Positions 54,521 through 63,955 of a DNA stretch of 64,000 nt are shown here, piece by piece. How positions within the stretch are numbered: the first letter of the stretch is position 1; each line of letters starts with the position of its first letter. The position numbers and the translations under genes are program-made. The DNA comes from a virus. Taxonomy: Duplodnaviria > Heunggongvirae > Uroviricota > Caudoviricetes. The stretch lies in the IMG/VR virus record IMGVR_UViG_3300049215_000070. One strand, 5' to 3'. The notes under the pieces were generated by a model that did not search any database, was not told where the DNA came from, and was given only the letters and a program-made list of their open reading frames with translations.

Positions 54521-54904
54521 ATGACAAATCAGGATCAGGTTAATTTTTTCAAAGAAATTTTTAATCATGCGTACGCTGCCGGTGTATCAGCCGCTGACGC
54601 CGCCCAAGTCGATACCATGCGCGTTATCGAGACAGACGTTCTGGGAAGGACTCTCCCGGGTGCGGTGCCGTCCGCCCCTTTCGAGCCGTGCGGATTTGCC
54701 TGGGTGAACATCAAAGGCACCACCGCCTTCGCTCGCTGGGTCAAAAAGGAAGGCTACTTCCGCAAGGCGTACGGCCCCGGGCTGCAGTACTGGGTGAGCT
54801 ACGGTGAGCAGTCGATGGGCCGGAAAGAGGCGTTTGCTGAGGCGTTTGCCAAGATTCTGCGCGATAACGGGATCGAGGCCAGCACGGGCAGCAGGATGGA
54901 TTGA
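54521..54904 (+). CDS. hypothetical protein (127 aa)
   Basis: ORF with upstream GGAGACGGAC. Confidence 0.45.
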   Translation: MTNQDQVNFFKEIFNHAYAAGVSAADAAQVDTMRVIETDVLGRTLPGAVPSAPFEPCGFAWVNIKGTTAFARWVKKEGYFRKAYGPGLQYWVSYGEQSMGRKEAFAEAFAKILRDNGIEASTGSRMD

Positions 54905-54973
54905 AAAAAAGCTTGCAAGGATCATGGGGGTGTGCAATGATACACCCACTGATCAAACCAACTGGAGAATGAG

Positions 54974-55216
54974 ATGAGCGACCAGAACCGAATCGAAGAA
55001 CTACAGCAAGCCCTTGAAGCCGAACTTGCCGCCAAAGTTGTGCAGGTGAGCGTCAAGAACGTCTACGGCAACCTGATGGTGTACCCCGCCAACCAGGTCG
55101 CGCATGACTTGGCCGACCTGCTGGGGGTCAAAACCTTCACCAACAAGGCTCGCGACCAGCTGAAGAAACTGGGCTACGAGTTTGTGAGAGTAAACAACGA
55201 CGGGGTGAAATTATGA
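54974..55216 (+). CDS. hypothetical protein (80 aa)
   Basis: GGAG RBS. Confidence 0.45.
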   Translation: MSDQNRIEELQQALEAELAAKVVQVSVKNVYGNLMVYPANQVAHDLADLLGVKTFTNKARDQLKKLGYEFVRVNNDGVKL

Positions 55217-55331
55217 AAAAATACATTTTTTTGCCAACGGTCGCGCCTATAGCCGCGCCGTTTGGATGCCGGGTGTTGAGCGTACTTGCGAGCGCAAACG
55301 ATAATACATCAAAGGAAAATGAGACAAACAC

Positions 55332-55892
55332 ATGAAATACGAATTTACTGGTGAGACGAAAGATTTTAACGGCATCACGCTGAAACGTATTCGCGCGGTA
55401 ACCGCCTTTGGCGCTATCGCGGTGGGTACCGTTGGCGGATGGATTCAAAGCGAAAATAACCTGGAGCAGGTCTGCGGCAATGCGTGGGTCTACGGCGATG
55501 CGTGGGTCTACGGCGATGCGCGGGTCTACGGCGATGCGCAGGTCTGCGGCGATGCGCAGGTCTACGGCGATGCGCAGGTCTGCGGCGATGCGCAGGTCTA
55601 CGGCAATGCGTGCGTCTACGGCAATGCGCGGGTCTACGGCAATGCGGATTTGCTGCTTATTGGACCTATTGGATCGCGCCGCGCGTACCTTACGGTGCAC
55701 GCCGATTCAAAGCTGTCGGTACGCTACTCGACCGGATGCTTTAGCGGCACTAGAGCGCAGCTTGTGGCAGCGGTTAAGAAAACCCACAAGCCGTCGACGC
55801 TGTACGCCAAACAATATGCGGCGGCGCTGGCAGCGGCCAAGATTTGCGTCAATGGATTGAAAATCCCTAAGCAAGTGAAGGATGAAAAATGA
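55332..55892 (+). CDS. protein with ~10 perfect tandem hexapeptide repeats ([WRQC]VYG[DN]A): predicted beta-helix repeat protein
   Basis: NAWVYGDAWVYGDARVYGDAQVCGDAQVYGDAQVCGDAQVYGNACVYGNARVYGNA. The repeats are highly regular. Confidence 0.6.
   Translation: MKYEFTGETKDFNGITLKRIRAVTAFGAIAVGTVGGWIQSENNLEQVCGNAWVYGDAWVYGDARVYGDAQVCGDAQVYGDAQVCGDAQVYGNACVYGNARVYGNADLLLIGPIGSRRAYLTVHADSKLSVRYSTGCFSGTRAQLVAAVKKTHKPSTLYAKQYAAALAAAKICVNGLKIPKQVKDEK
55478..55648 (+). repeat. 18-bp tandem repeat array (~9.5 units, consensus GCGTGGGTCTACGGCGAT) inside the CDS
   Basis: Directly visible periodicity. Minus-strand and alternate-frame ORFs here are artefacts of the repeat. Confidence 0.85.
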
Positions 55893-56002
55893 AAAACAAA
55901 GACATCATCGATTACATGCGCCCTGCAGAATGGGTAGTCGCCTTGTCGGTTTTCGGTATTATTATAATGTGGGTTGTCATAGGGAGCGTGGTGTTGCGAT
56001 GA
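55889..56002 (+). CDS. small membrane peptide (37 aa)
   Basis: ATGA coupling into the next gene. VVALSVFGIIIMWVVIGSVVL. Confidence 0.35.
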   Translation: MKNKDIIDYMRPAEWVVALSVFGIIIMWVVIGSVVLR

Positions 56003-56223
56003 GGTACGCCTACAAGGCCGGACCAGACGTAATTGCCAAGGTGCAGGCCTGGGACGCGGAGCGCCGCAAGCTAGGTAAAGTGGACGACGCCGTCACCCGT
56101 TGGCGAGCCGAGCGCAGGCGCATCGGTATGCCCAAAAAGGTCGCATCTGAACTTGGCGTGTCATTGACCACGTTATACTCGATACTCAAAAACGGAAGCA
56201 CGCTGAAAAAGGACAGAAGGTAA
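56000..56223 (+). CDS. HTH DNA-binding protein (74 aa)
   Basis: MPKKVASELGVSLTTLYSILKNG helix-turn-helix. Confidence 0.5.
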
Positions 56224-56227
56224 TCCA

Positions 56228-56434
56228 ATGGACCCGGTTCCAGAGATCGACCCCAAAAAGCTATTCGAGCAAGCCGACAAGGTTCTTAACCAGCTGGCTA
56301 GGCTTACGGACGCGGTGCTGCAGTCCATGAAATCCTATCACTGCGACCCGGCGGTTAGGATTCAAGCCGGGAACGCGGTGCAGCTGATAGTGAGCCTGAG
56401 AAAAAGTGTTGACACAGCCAATCAGGGCGCGTAA
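56228..56434 (+). CDS. hypothetical protein (68 aa)
   Basis: ORF in the gene train. Confidence 0.4.
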   Translation: MDPVPEIDPKKLFEQADKVLNQLARLTDAVLQSMKSYHCDPAVRIQAGNAVQLIVSLRKSVDTANQGA

Positions 56435-56469
56435 GGTACGCACATCGAAAACTGACTGGAGATGAAATC

Positions 56470-56688
56470 ATGAAGTTCCACGGCGACGTTCGTCCCTTGA
56501 GTCACGACGACCAATACATGGGCGTGGTCTTCGAGGGCGACATTGACGACGCGATACAGCAGGCGAAGCAATCGCCCAACCACGGCACCATGCCGCTGCA
56601 CGGTGAAGCTGCCAAATTTTTTTGGCTCAACCGCATGAGCCGCGACCGCATCGCGCTGCTGCAGCACCTAAACCTGATGCCGTCATGA
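56470..56688 (+). CDS. hypothetical protein (72 aa)
   Basis: GGAG RBS. Confidence 0.4.
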   Translation: MKFHGDVRPLSHDDQYMGVVFEGDIDDAIQQAKQSPNHGTMPLHGEAAKFFWLNRMSRDRIALLQHLNLMPS

Positions 56689-56960
56689 TAAGCGACCCTG
56701 GATTCTGGGGTCTTGAGTACGCCCAACGCCGGGGCTGGGTACCGGCCAAACCAAAGGAAAATGAAGTGAAATATCAGATCAGAAAAGAAAACAACAGCGT
56801 AGACCCATCGATGGTTATGTTTAACATTTACAAACTAAGCCCGAAGCCGCTTTACCTGACCGGCTTTGGTACACTTGAAGCGGCCATGAAAAATCTTGAA
56901 AAAATCATAAAACCCGCCAGCGAGGTAGTGTACGAGATCGAGGTGCCAGATGTTACCTAA
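56685..56960 (+). CDS. hypothetical protein (91 aa)
   Basis: ATGA coupling. Confidence 0.4.
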   Translation: MISDPGFWGLEYAQRRGWVPAKPKENEVKYQIRKENNSVDPSMVMFNIYKLSPKPLYLTGFGTLEAAMKNLEKIIKPASEVVYEIEVPDVT

Positions 56961-57195
56961 GGAGTGCGCGGGCGTTCAGCTTTCGGGAAAGCGCCGCGGG
57001 GCGCCTTGCCAGGCTCGACCGGTGTACCAGGTGAGAAACAAGCATTACTGCGTCCCTCACAGCGCCATAGCCGCCAAGGAGCCGCACAAGTTCCGCGAGG
57101 CTATAGAGACCAGCGTCCGGCGCATCGCCCGCCAGGTAGCCTCTGAGCGCGCCATGGCACGGCAGATCGACGCGTTTGAAGAGGCGTCACCATGA
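56950..57195 (+). CDS. Cys-containing hypothetical protein (81 aa)
   Basis: C..C....C..H pattern. Confidence 0.4.
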   Translation: MLPKECAGVQLSGKRRGAPCQARPVYQVRNKHYCVPHSAIAAKEPHKFREAIETSVRRIARQVASERAMARQIDAFEEASP

Positions 57196-57536
57196 GCGCC
57201 ATCATTTGGCGATATCTGCCCAGGTTTTTCGCTCGAAAGCGTAGCCTGTCGGGACCGGAGACTATTGAGGTTTGCGCGCAGGCAGACCTAAAGCCCCACG
57301 TCGGTATGCCCGCCACGCACCACATCGGCAGCGACAGCTACGGCGGAGAAATCATCGCGGTCAGCACGACCGGGCACCGCGTGACCTGGCAACGGATCGA
57401 CGCCAACGGCAACTCCAATCGCGTTTTTGTCAAGGAGTACTCACGCCGCCGCGACGGCAGTTACGTGGCTATCGGCAGTAAGTACGGCACCCTGGAACTG
57501 GGGATTGCCCGCACCGTGTTGGACGAGGGGTTTTAA
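57192..57536 (+). CDS. hypothetical protein (114 aa)
   Basis: ATGA coupling. Confidence 0.45.
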   Translation: MSAIIWRYLPRFFARKRSLSGPETIEVCAQADLKPHVGMPATHHIGSDSYGGEIIAVSTTGHRVTWQRIDANGNSNRVFVKEYSRRRDGSYVAIGSKYGTLELGIARTVLDEGF

Positions 57537-57613
57537 AATTGTGACAACTATTGTTATGAGGCGACGGCATCGCGTGGATACTACGTGTTCACGCCGCAAT
57601 GAACAGCAAGATA

Positions 57614-57638
57614 TTGAGCTGGATCAACGTGCTATAAT
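57614..57638 (+). promoter_or_regulatory. candidate promoter with extended -10 (TGcTATAAT)
   Basis: Perfect TATAAT at 57633-57638 preceded by TG at 57630-57631. Weak -35 TTGAGC with a short spacer. About 35 nt upstream of the ATG at 57671. Confidence 0.45.
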
Positions 57639-57670
57639 GGCGCTCCCTCATCAGCATAAGGCTAGCCTTC

Positions 57671-58309
57671 ATGGCAAGCGACAACACCCCTGGCAACGAT
57701 TCAACCAGTTCAAGCGCCCCGATCAGTTACGTGGAGGAGCTGAACCAGCGGCATCAGCGGTTCATAGCTCTGGGTGGAAAGCGCGACCTGCAGATGGACA
57801 TGAAGGGCTGGACCCCGCTCAAGGATCTGGTCACGGACCTGCACCGCAAAATCGTATTCGACCTGTCAGCGTCCGGCCTCAGCAACGAGGACGTGGCCGC
57901 GGTCGTCGGGATATCGAAGGAGAGGCTTCAGGAGCTGTTCAAGGTCGAGATCGCGACAGCGTACCAGCTGTGCCACGCGAGCCTGTCACGGAGCCTGTAC
58001 TACCAGGGAATCGCCGGGGACGAGAAGGCCGCGACAAATTGGCTGAAGTATCACAACCGCTCGAAGTGGGCGGCGAAGCAGCAGGTGTCCGGCGACCCAG
58101 ACGGCGCGCCAATAAAGACCGAGGACGCGTCATCCAAGACGCTGCTGAACGCGCTGCTTCAGGGTATGATGACGGACCCCGATCTTAAGGGCGCAAACAA
58201 GGAGGTAAAACGACCAGAATCTCATGAAAAAACCGCTCCTGTCAAGAGCGCGAAAAAAACTGGCAAGACCAAGATCGTGAAAAAGGTAAGGAAGGAAATT
58301 AATGAATAG
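57671..58309 (+). CDS. HTH-containing DNA-binding protein with Lys-rich C-terminal tail (212 aa); small terminase role possible but unsupported
   Basis: LSNEDVAAVVGISKERLQELF helix-turn-helix. Tail KTGKTKIVKKVRKE. Confidence 0.45.
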   Translation: MASDNTPGNDSTSSSAPISYVEELNQRHQRFIALGGKRDLQMDMKGWTPLKDLVTDLHRKIVFDLSASGLSNEDVAAVVGISKERLQELFKVEIATAYQLCHASLSRSLYYQGIAGDEKAATNWLKYHNRSKWAAKQQVSGDPDGAPIKTEDASSKTLLNALLQGMMTDPDLKGANKEVKRPESHEKTAPVKSAKKTGKTKIVKKVRKEINE

Positions 58310-58490
58310 CTTGCATCATCCGTGGCGCAAAAACTCGCCCAACTTTATTGTCCCGTCGAAGAAATCTAAGTCCGACAAAGTCGGCGTTACGATTCCGATA
58401 GAGTCAGTAACCCCTGAGGAATTTACCTGTATAATCCACGGTGTTCCCGCGCTCGCGGATCACAATTTGAGGAGAATGTCAGATGTTTAA
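58302..58490 (+). CDS. hypothetical protein (62 aa)
   Basis: ORF overlapping the upstream stop. Confidence 0.35.
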   Translation: MNSLHHPWRKNSPNFIVPSKKSKSDKVGVTIPIESVTPEEFTCIIHGVPALADHNLRRMSDV

Positions 58491-58743
58491 TTACACTCAA
58501 GATTTTAATTACACGCAAGATGACCCGCGAGACACCAACGGCGACCCAAAATTAAGCGAGAGCAAGCTCGACGTCCGCACCTCACAGCTTATCAACCAGC
58601 TGTATCACGAAATCGCGCGCCTGGAGCGTGCGGTAGACGATAGCTGTGAGCTGCTCGTGGAAGTTTTAGACGCGGAGGGTGAAGATCTCAACACGCTGCT
58701 TGGCAGAGTTCATCAGCACCTGGCTATCCATTTCCTGAAATGA
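58483..58743 (+). CDS. hypothetical protein (86 aa)
   Basis: ATG ORF. Confidence 0.4.
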   Translation: MFNYTQDFNYTQDDPRDTNGDPKLSESKLDVRTSQLINQLYHEIARLERAVDDSCELLVEVLDAEGEDLNTLLGRVHQHLAIHFLK

Positions 58744-59108
58744 CCCAGGTAAAGTGCCATCAGAAGGAGTCCGGCCCATCCTTGCGCATCGAGGAAAGGC
58801 CGGACGGCCCTGTCGTTGAGATCGACCAGAACGGCGGCATCACGCTGCACCGTGCCCCGCCGGATGAGGCCGGACGGTTGTTCTGGGAGGCGGTCAACTT
58901 CAACGGGATAACGTACCGGGAAATCATCGAGAAACTCAACCAAAAAATCGACACGCTGATGCTGGACCCGTTTCGGTCCATAGTTCACGGCCCGGTTGAG
59001 AACGTCTGGCAGGCTATTCCTACGGCGGCGCGTGGCAAGATGGTGCGCGCGGACGTTCACGCGGTGCTAGATGCAATCAACCAGCTGGCAATCAAAGAGA
59101 TTCAATGA
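58740..59108 (+). CDS. hypothetical protein (122 aa)
   Basis: ATGA coupling. Its 3' end equals window positions 1..115. Confidence 0.5.
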   Translation: MTQVKCHQKESGPSLRIEERPDGPVVEIDQNGGITLHRAPPDEAGRLFWEAVNFNGITYREIIEKLNQKIDTLMLDPFRSIVHGPVENVWQAIPTAARGKMVRADVHAVLDAINQLAIKEIQ

Positions 59109-59587
59109 TACTTCAGGATGTCATAGACTTCGCCGCGGGAAGCTTCGACTGCGTTATGGGTTACCCGGGCCGGTACGCCGACGGCAGCAAGGAAAAGCCG
59201 CGCACCGGCAGCCGTGAGTACGTCACCTTGCGTCACAGCGCGCCAACGTATGACGCCGCATTTGGCTGGTACCAGGGCAACAACGGCGAGCACGAGCTGA
59301 GCTGCAAAATGATCGCCACGTTAGAAATGGCACGCCGAAGCGTAGGCAAGATCTCGTACAAGCCTAAGCTGTACTGGCGCCATGTTGACAAGGTCGAGAT
59401 GTATAAGGACGCGTGGAGGGTCGCGCACATCCGCACCCGGCTGTACATCGATGGCGTACGCAGTTACGGCGTCGCGCAAATCAAGGAAGGCCCGCGCGCA
59501 TACATGCAGCTGGTTGTCGACAACGCCCCTAATGTGGCACTATTGACGCTTCAGGATTATGAGCAGCACACAGGAGAGACAGCATGA
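59105..59587 (+). CDS. hypothetical protein (second copy of 112..594)
   Basis: Identical translation. Confidence 0.6.
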   Translation: MILQDVIDFAAGSFDCVMGYPGRYADGSKEKPRTGSREYVTLRHSAPTYDAAFGWYQGNNGEHELSCKMIATLEMARRSVGKISYKPKLYWRHVDKVEMYKDAWRVAHIRTRLYIDGVRSYGVAQIKEGPRAYMQLVVDNAPNVALLTLQDYEQHTGETA

Positions 59588-59863
59588 TTAGGATTGTGGA
59601 TGAGAAGATTTTCAGCTTAACTAAAAATCAGTACCGGGATCTTAGATTCGAGTTTGATCAAGACCCAATTTACTGGTACTCGACCGATAAAGACTTCGAG
59701 TATTGGCTGGAAACCGTGAAAAAGATCCAGCACACCACTTACCGCGAAGAGAACCCATGAAGTACTCCTGGTACGTGATGATGCTGACCTGCGTTTCGTT
59801 CGCGCTGGCGGGTGCAATTATCTACTTTGGCGGGCTATTGATGCTTGCGGCGTTTGGTGAGCT

Positions 59864-60418
59864 ATGACAGACCGAGAGATCCTTTTGGTGGTAATGAAAA
59901 GATTGCGCAAATACGCCGAAAGCAAAACTCCTGCAAGCCCAAGATTTTTGAGCATGGAGGCCGACTGGATCGAGCGCAAGATGGGAGAGCAGGAAATCGA
60001 GCGCAATACCGTTAGCGGCTTGTGCGCGCCATTTGTTCCGGGTGATGTCCCAGGTAACGCCGTAGATTTAAAGCCCGTATACTCCGAGCCAGGAGCCATC
60101 AAGCCCGTAGACCCCAAGTTTGAATGCGATTGCGGCGCCAAGGAGTGGGGCACGGAGCATCGCTATTGGTGCCAAACCAATCCTCGTGCAAACCATATGC
60201 ACGCGTGGGTGCGTTTCAATAAGTTCCCGGGGCTGATGAGGTGCATACATGGCGCGTGCCTGGCTGTGTGGGACGATGGGCAGATTTACCCGAGCTTTGA
60301 TGCATACCTCAAGTGTCAGGCTTTTCTGGAATCTTGCGAGAAAGAGTCAAAACCAGATCCCTTGCTAGAGCGTCGAGCCGCCGAAGACAAATATCTGAAC
60401 TGGGACTGGGGCTATTGA
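59864..60418 (+). CDS. hypothetical Cys/His-rich protein (second copy of 871..1425)
   Basis: Identical translation. Confidence 0.6.
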   Translation: MTDREILLVVMKRLRKYAESKTPASPRFLSMEADWIERKMGEQEIERNTVSGLCAPFVPGDVPGNAVDLKPVYSEPGAIKPVDPKFECDCGAKEWGTEHRYWCQTNPRANHMHAWVRFNKFPGLMRCIHGACLAVWDDGQIYPSFDAYLKCQAFLESCEKESKPDPLLERRAAEDKYLNWDWGY

Positions 60419-60677
60419 TGGCGGACGAGGTATCCCCGGTAATACGCCTTAGGCAGAGGAACTGCATTGGCAGCCGCGGCGCCGAGGATCACGGCTGGAT
60501 CAAGGGCTTGGCCGACAAGACCCATCACTGCGCCTTCTGTGGCGTAAGCAAGCCCGACTGGGAGCAGATGATGAATGAGATGTGGTACAGCCCGGGGATC
60601 AACAGCGCGCAGTCTGGGCCAACGGGATACCCATGAGCGAAGATTACAAAAATCTGGGAATTATATACTTAACCCCC

Positions 60678-60706
60678 TTGACATCCTTAAGGGAGTCATC
60701 TACACT
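60678..60706 (+). promoter_or_regulatory. second copy of the TTGACA-17-TACACT promoter with CCTTAAGG operators
   Basis: Identical to 1685..1713. Confidence 0.55.
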
Positions 60707-61975
60707 ATCAGCACTGGTTAGATTATTCTTAAGGATCAGCGCAGATGGCCGAAGTGACACAGTTTGAGCAGGCAATTGACGAAGCCGGGTATGGTTTTTC
60801 CCAAAAAAATCTGACCGAAACCCACGAGACAATTGAGCATTTTGTTGCGGCGCGAGGCAGGCCACTGGTCGTAGATACCGAAAATGGTACTTTGCACATT
60901 TGGGAGAATGTGCAGCAGGCGAAGGGGCTGGTGCGCGGCAGCTTGATTGTGATGGATGCCGGAGATACCCGGTTTGCACATTTCGATGGTGAGAAGATTT
61001 GAAATGAACGTCAAGCACCACAATCAGCCAGCTCAATGAATATGAAGTCAGCAGCGCGGACAGTGGCGCGCCAGGAATATCCGGCCAGCCGACAGCATCC
61101 CGATTGCCACCGTATGGTGGACTGGGAAAAGCCGGTTCTACCCGTTTTGTCACCGGGGATGGCGGCGAAAAGTGGAGGCGTCGTGTCCTCCATGCTGCCC
61201 CGACATGGGAAGCCGGTGCAATTCCGGCCTGACTTCACTTCCATAAAAGAGGTGCCCCATGGTGACTGACGCCGACCCGCCACCGATGCCGACCGCCGAG
61301 GAAGCATTGCCGGTAGCAACGGCAAGCATTATGACTAAAAAGAAGTTGCAAGAAATGGGCGTCCCCCTTGAGGTCTCAGCATATATTTTGAAGCTCGAAA
61401 CAGCTCTCAGGGAAGTTCTTTGGCAATGCCAGCATGGCCGCGCAGGGTCCGCTCCGAGTGACGGAATTGAGCGGCGCATTGAATCGCCAGAGTTCACAGC
61501 AACACAGGGTGACGGGTAAATCGTGGATAGGTTCGAAGCGTTTACGGCGTATTTGATCTCTCTTGCGAAAGAGCGCCCTTACAAAATAGCTGGTGACGCT
61601 GCATGCGGATATTGGATGGCAATAGAATCAATGGCGCGCGCCGCTGAACTTGCAATGCATCAGCCAGCAACATCGAGTGACGGAGTAGAGCATGGGAAAC
61701 CTAAAGTAAAAGCGACGTTGCAAAGTGATGGGGTGTTATACAACACTAAAACACCCTCAGCCACTCCCACGCACGCGCCCGACCCGGAGCGCATCGCCAG
61801 CCACGCCTGCGGCTACGGCTGCATCGAGCGTGGGCATCCTGAGCCTGACTGCCCCAAGCACGGCTGGGTGGTATCCGAGTGCCCTAGTAACTACCTGACG
61901 TCGCGTGATACGTGGTAGATCAAGAAATGACCTACAACCGCCTGAGGGCCTCTGAGCGCCGCGAGACCGAAATGG

Positions 61976-63580
61976 GTGCCACAACCATCTGACATACTGG
62001 AGATCGGCCTTCGGCAGGGCTTTACGAAAGCTCAAACTGCAGCAGCGCTTCGCTCTCTTGACGACTTCGAGGTCGAACGTCTGGCGTGGATGTGCCGCTG
62101 GGTTGACGCGCGTCACGCTTTCCAGGTTGTTCCCGACGGGCAATGGTCCAACTGGGTAATCCTGGCCGGGAGAGGCAGCGGCAAGACCCGCGTAGGCGCC
62201 GAGTGGTCTGGCATGCGCTGCGCCATGGGCGAGAAGGGTCACCGTCACCTGGTAGTCGCGCCAACGAAAGCAGACTTGAGGGCGGTGTGCTTTGAGGGCG
62301 ACTCTGGGTTGCTACGCGTGATACCGCCCAGCCTTATCAAGTACTACCACAAAACGCCCGCTCCTGAGATCGTGCTGCATAACGGCGCGCTGATTGGCGG
62401 GATCGCTGCTGAGGCGTTCGAGCGTACCCGAGGCCCGCAGTGGCATGGCGCCTGGTGTGACGAGGTAGCGGCCTGGGGTGAGGGCGGCAAGGCTGATCCC
62501 GAAGAGGTGTGGGACACGATGGTGATGTCCATCCGGTTAGGTCAAGACACCCGCATCCTGGTGACCACGACGCCCAAGAACCGGCCACTGGTGAAGCGCC
62601 TGGTGGCGGATGAAGACAGCGTTATGACGTCCGCTAGCACGCACGTCAACACCTCGAACCTGTCCCCTGAGTTCGCGCGCCGAATCCTCAAGTACGACGG
62701 CACCAAGATCGGACGGCAGGAGGTCTACGCGGAGCTGATTGACGCCGAGGAAGGCGGCATCATCAGCCGCAGCTGGCTGCGCCATTGGCCCGCCAACAAG
62801 CCGCTGCCTGAGTTCCATTTTATCGTGATGAGCCTGGATACCGCGTTTAGCGAGTCCGACCACGACAAGAAAAAGCAGACCACCGACCCGAGCGCGTGCA
62901 GCGTCTGGGGGTGCTTTAAGTACGAGCGTACGCTGCCCAGCGGGGAAAAGATCGAGAAGCCGGGGATTATTCTGCTGGATTGCTGGGCCGAGCACCTTGG
63001 TTTTCCGGACCTGGTGGACAAGGTCAAGAACGAGTCAGACCCGGACAAGATCCGCTACGGCAGGAACCTGAGCGCCAAGCCCGTCATCACCCCAAGCAAC
63101 GTGCCCAAGGCGTACAGGCGCATGGCACCGCCCAAGATGGGGGGGAGGGCCATTGACCTGATCGTTATCGAGGGCAAGGCCAGCGGCAAGAGCCTGCGTC
63201 AAACGCTGATGAAGGCCGAGATCAACAGCGTGGAGTTTAACCCGGGGAACGCGGACAAGCTCAGCCGGGGCCATTTCATCAGCCCAATCATCAAAGATGG
63301 TATCCTATGGGTACCCGATTCGCCCACCCCGGACAAGAACGGCAACCCCAAGTTCAGGAGCTGGGCCGAGCCATTGGTGGAGCAGCTGTGCAGCTACAGC
63401 GGCGAAGGTTCAGTGGTTCACGACGACTTGTACGACACCGCGACGCAGGGGTTGCGCGTGATCGACTGGTACTGGCTGCACCACCTAGAGCAAAAAGCCA
63501 AGAAAGCTAAAGGCGGCACCGGCATCCACGAGGACCGGCAGCCCGACAAGCGCATCATCACCAACCCGTACGCCGAGTAA
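61976..63580 (+). CDS. terL: terminase large subunit (second copy)
   Basis: Identical translation to 2983..4587. Confidence 0.85.
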   Translation: MPQPSDILEIGLRQGFTKAQTAAALRSLDDFEVERLAWMCRWVDARHAFQVVPDGQWSNWVILAGRGSGKTRVGAEWSGMRCAMGEKGHRHLVVAPTKADLRAVCFEGDSGLLRVIPPSLIKYYHKTPAPEIVLHNGALIGGIAAEAFERTRGPQWHGAWCDEVAAWGEGGKADPEEVWDTMVMSIRLGQDTRILVTTTPKNRPLVKRLVADEDSVMTSASTHVNTSNLSPEFARRILKYDGTKIGRQEVYAELIDAEEGGIISRSWLRHWPANKPLPEFHFIVMSLDTAFSESDHDKKKQTTDPSACSVWGCFKYERTLPSGEKIEKPGIILLDCWAEHLGFPDLVDKVKNESDPDKIRYGRNLSAKPVITPSNVPKAYRRMAPPKMGGRAIDLIVIEGKASGKSLRQTLMKAEINSVEFNPGNADKLSRGHFISPIIKDGILWVPDSPTPDKNGNPKFRSWAEPLVEQLCSYSGEGSVVHDDLYDTATQGLRVIDWYWLHHLEQKAKKAKGGTGIHEDRQPDKRIITNPYAE

Positions 63581-63582
63581 CT

Positions 63583-63900
63583 ATGGCAACCGAACTAAGC
63601 TTTAACGCAGTCACGACCAACGCCGACGGAAGCGCGTTGACCCTGCCGGTGACCTACACCGCCCTGATCGACACCGTCAACCCGCCCGTGAAAGCGTACC
63701 CCATCCAGGCGAACATAGCCCCGGTGGCTGGTTTGATTATCGTGACCTTTGCCGAGCTGGGCTTCGTGCCTGCCGCGAACCAGAAGTACTTCGTTGAGGT
63801 GACCGCTACCGACAGCGCCGGAACTTCTGGACCCTCCAACGAGGCGACGTTCACCAACACGGTCGTGCCCAGCGAGCCGACTGGTTTAAAGGTTGGCTGA
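63583..63900 (+). CDS. hypothetical protein, variant copy (Pro instead of Leu vs 4590..4907)
   Basis: Translation differs at one residue (…TNTVVPSEPTG vs …TNTVVLSEPTG). Confidence 0.55.
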   Translation: MATELSFNAVTTNADGSALTLPVTYTALIDTVNPPVKAYPIQANIAPVAGLIIVTFAELGFVPAANQKYFVEVTATDSAGTSGPSNEATFTNTVVPSEPTGLKVG

Positions 63901-63955
63901 TCCGGTTATGGAACTGGATCAAGGAACTATTCAAGACCTACTGAGCCGCTAAACT

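Noticed and set aside
55478-55648. Repeat array as a CRISPR locus
   Set aside because: The units are contiguous with no unique spacers. The array is in-frame coding sequence.
55137-55860. Minus-strand ORF 55137..55700 and alternate plus-frame ORFs 55408..55860 / 55484..55744 (RIAVD / AMRGST repeats)
   Set aside because: These are frame-shifted or antisense readings of the 18-bp tandem repeat inside the real CDS 55332..55892.
57671-58309. Assignment of the HTH protein as the small terminase subunit
   Set aside because: It lies about 3.6 kb and seven genes upstream of the terminase large subunit (across the permutation point). The HTH alone is insufficient evidence.
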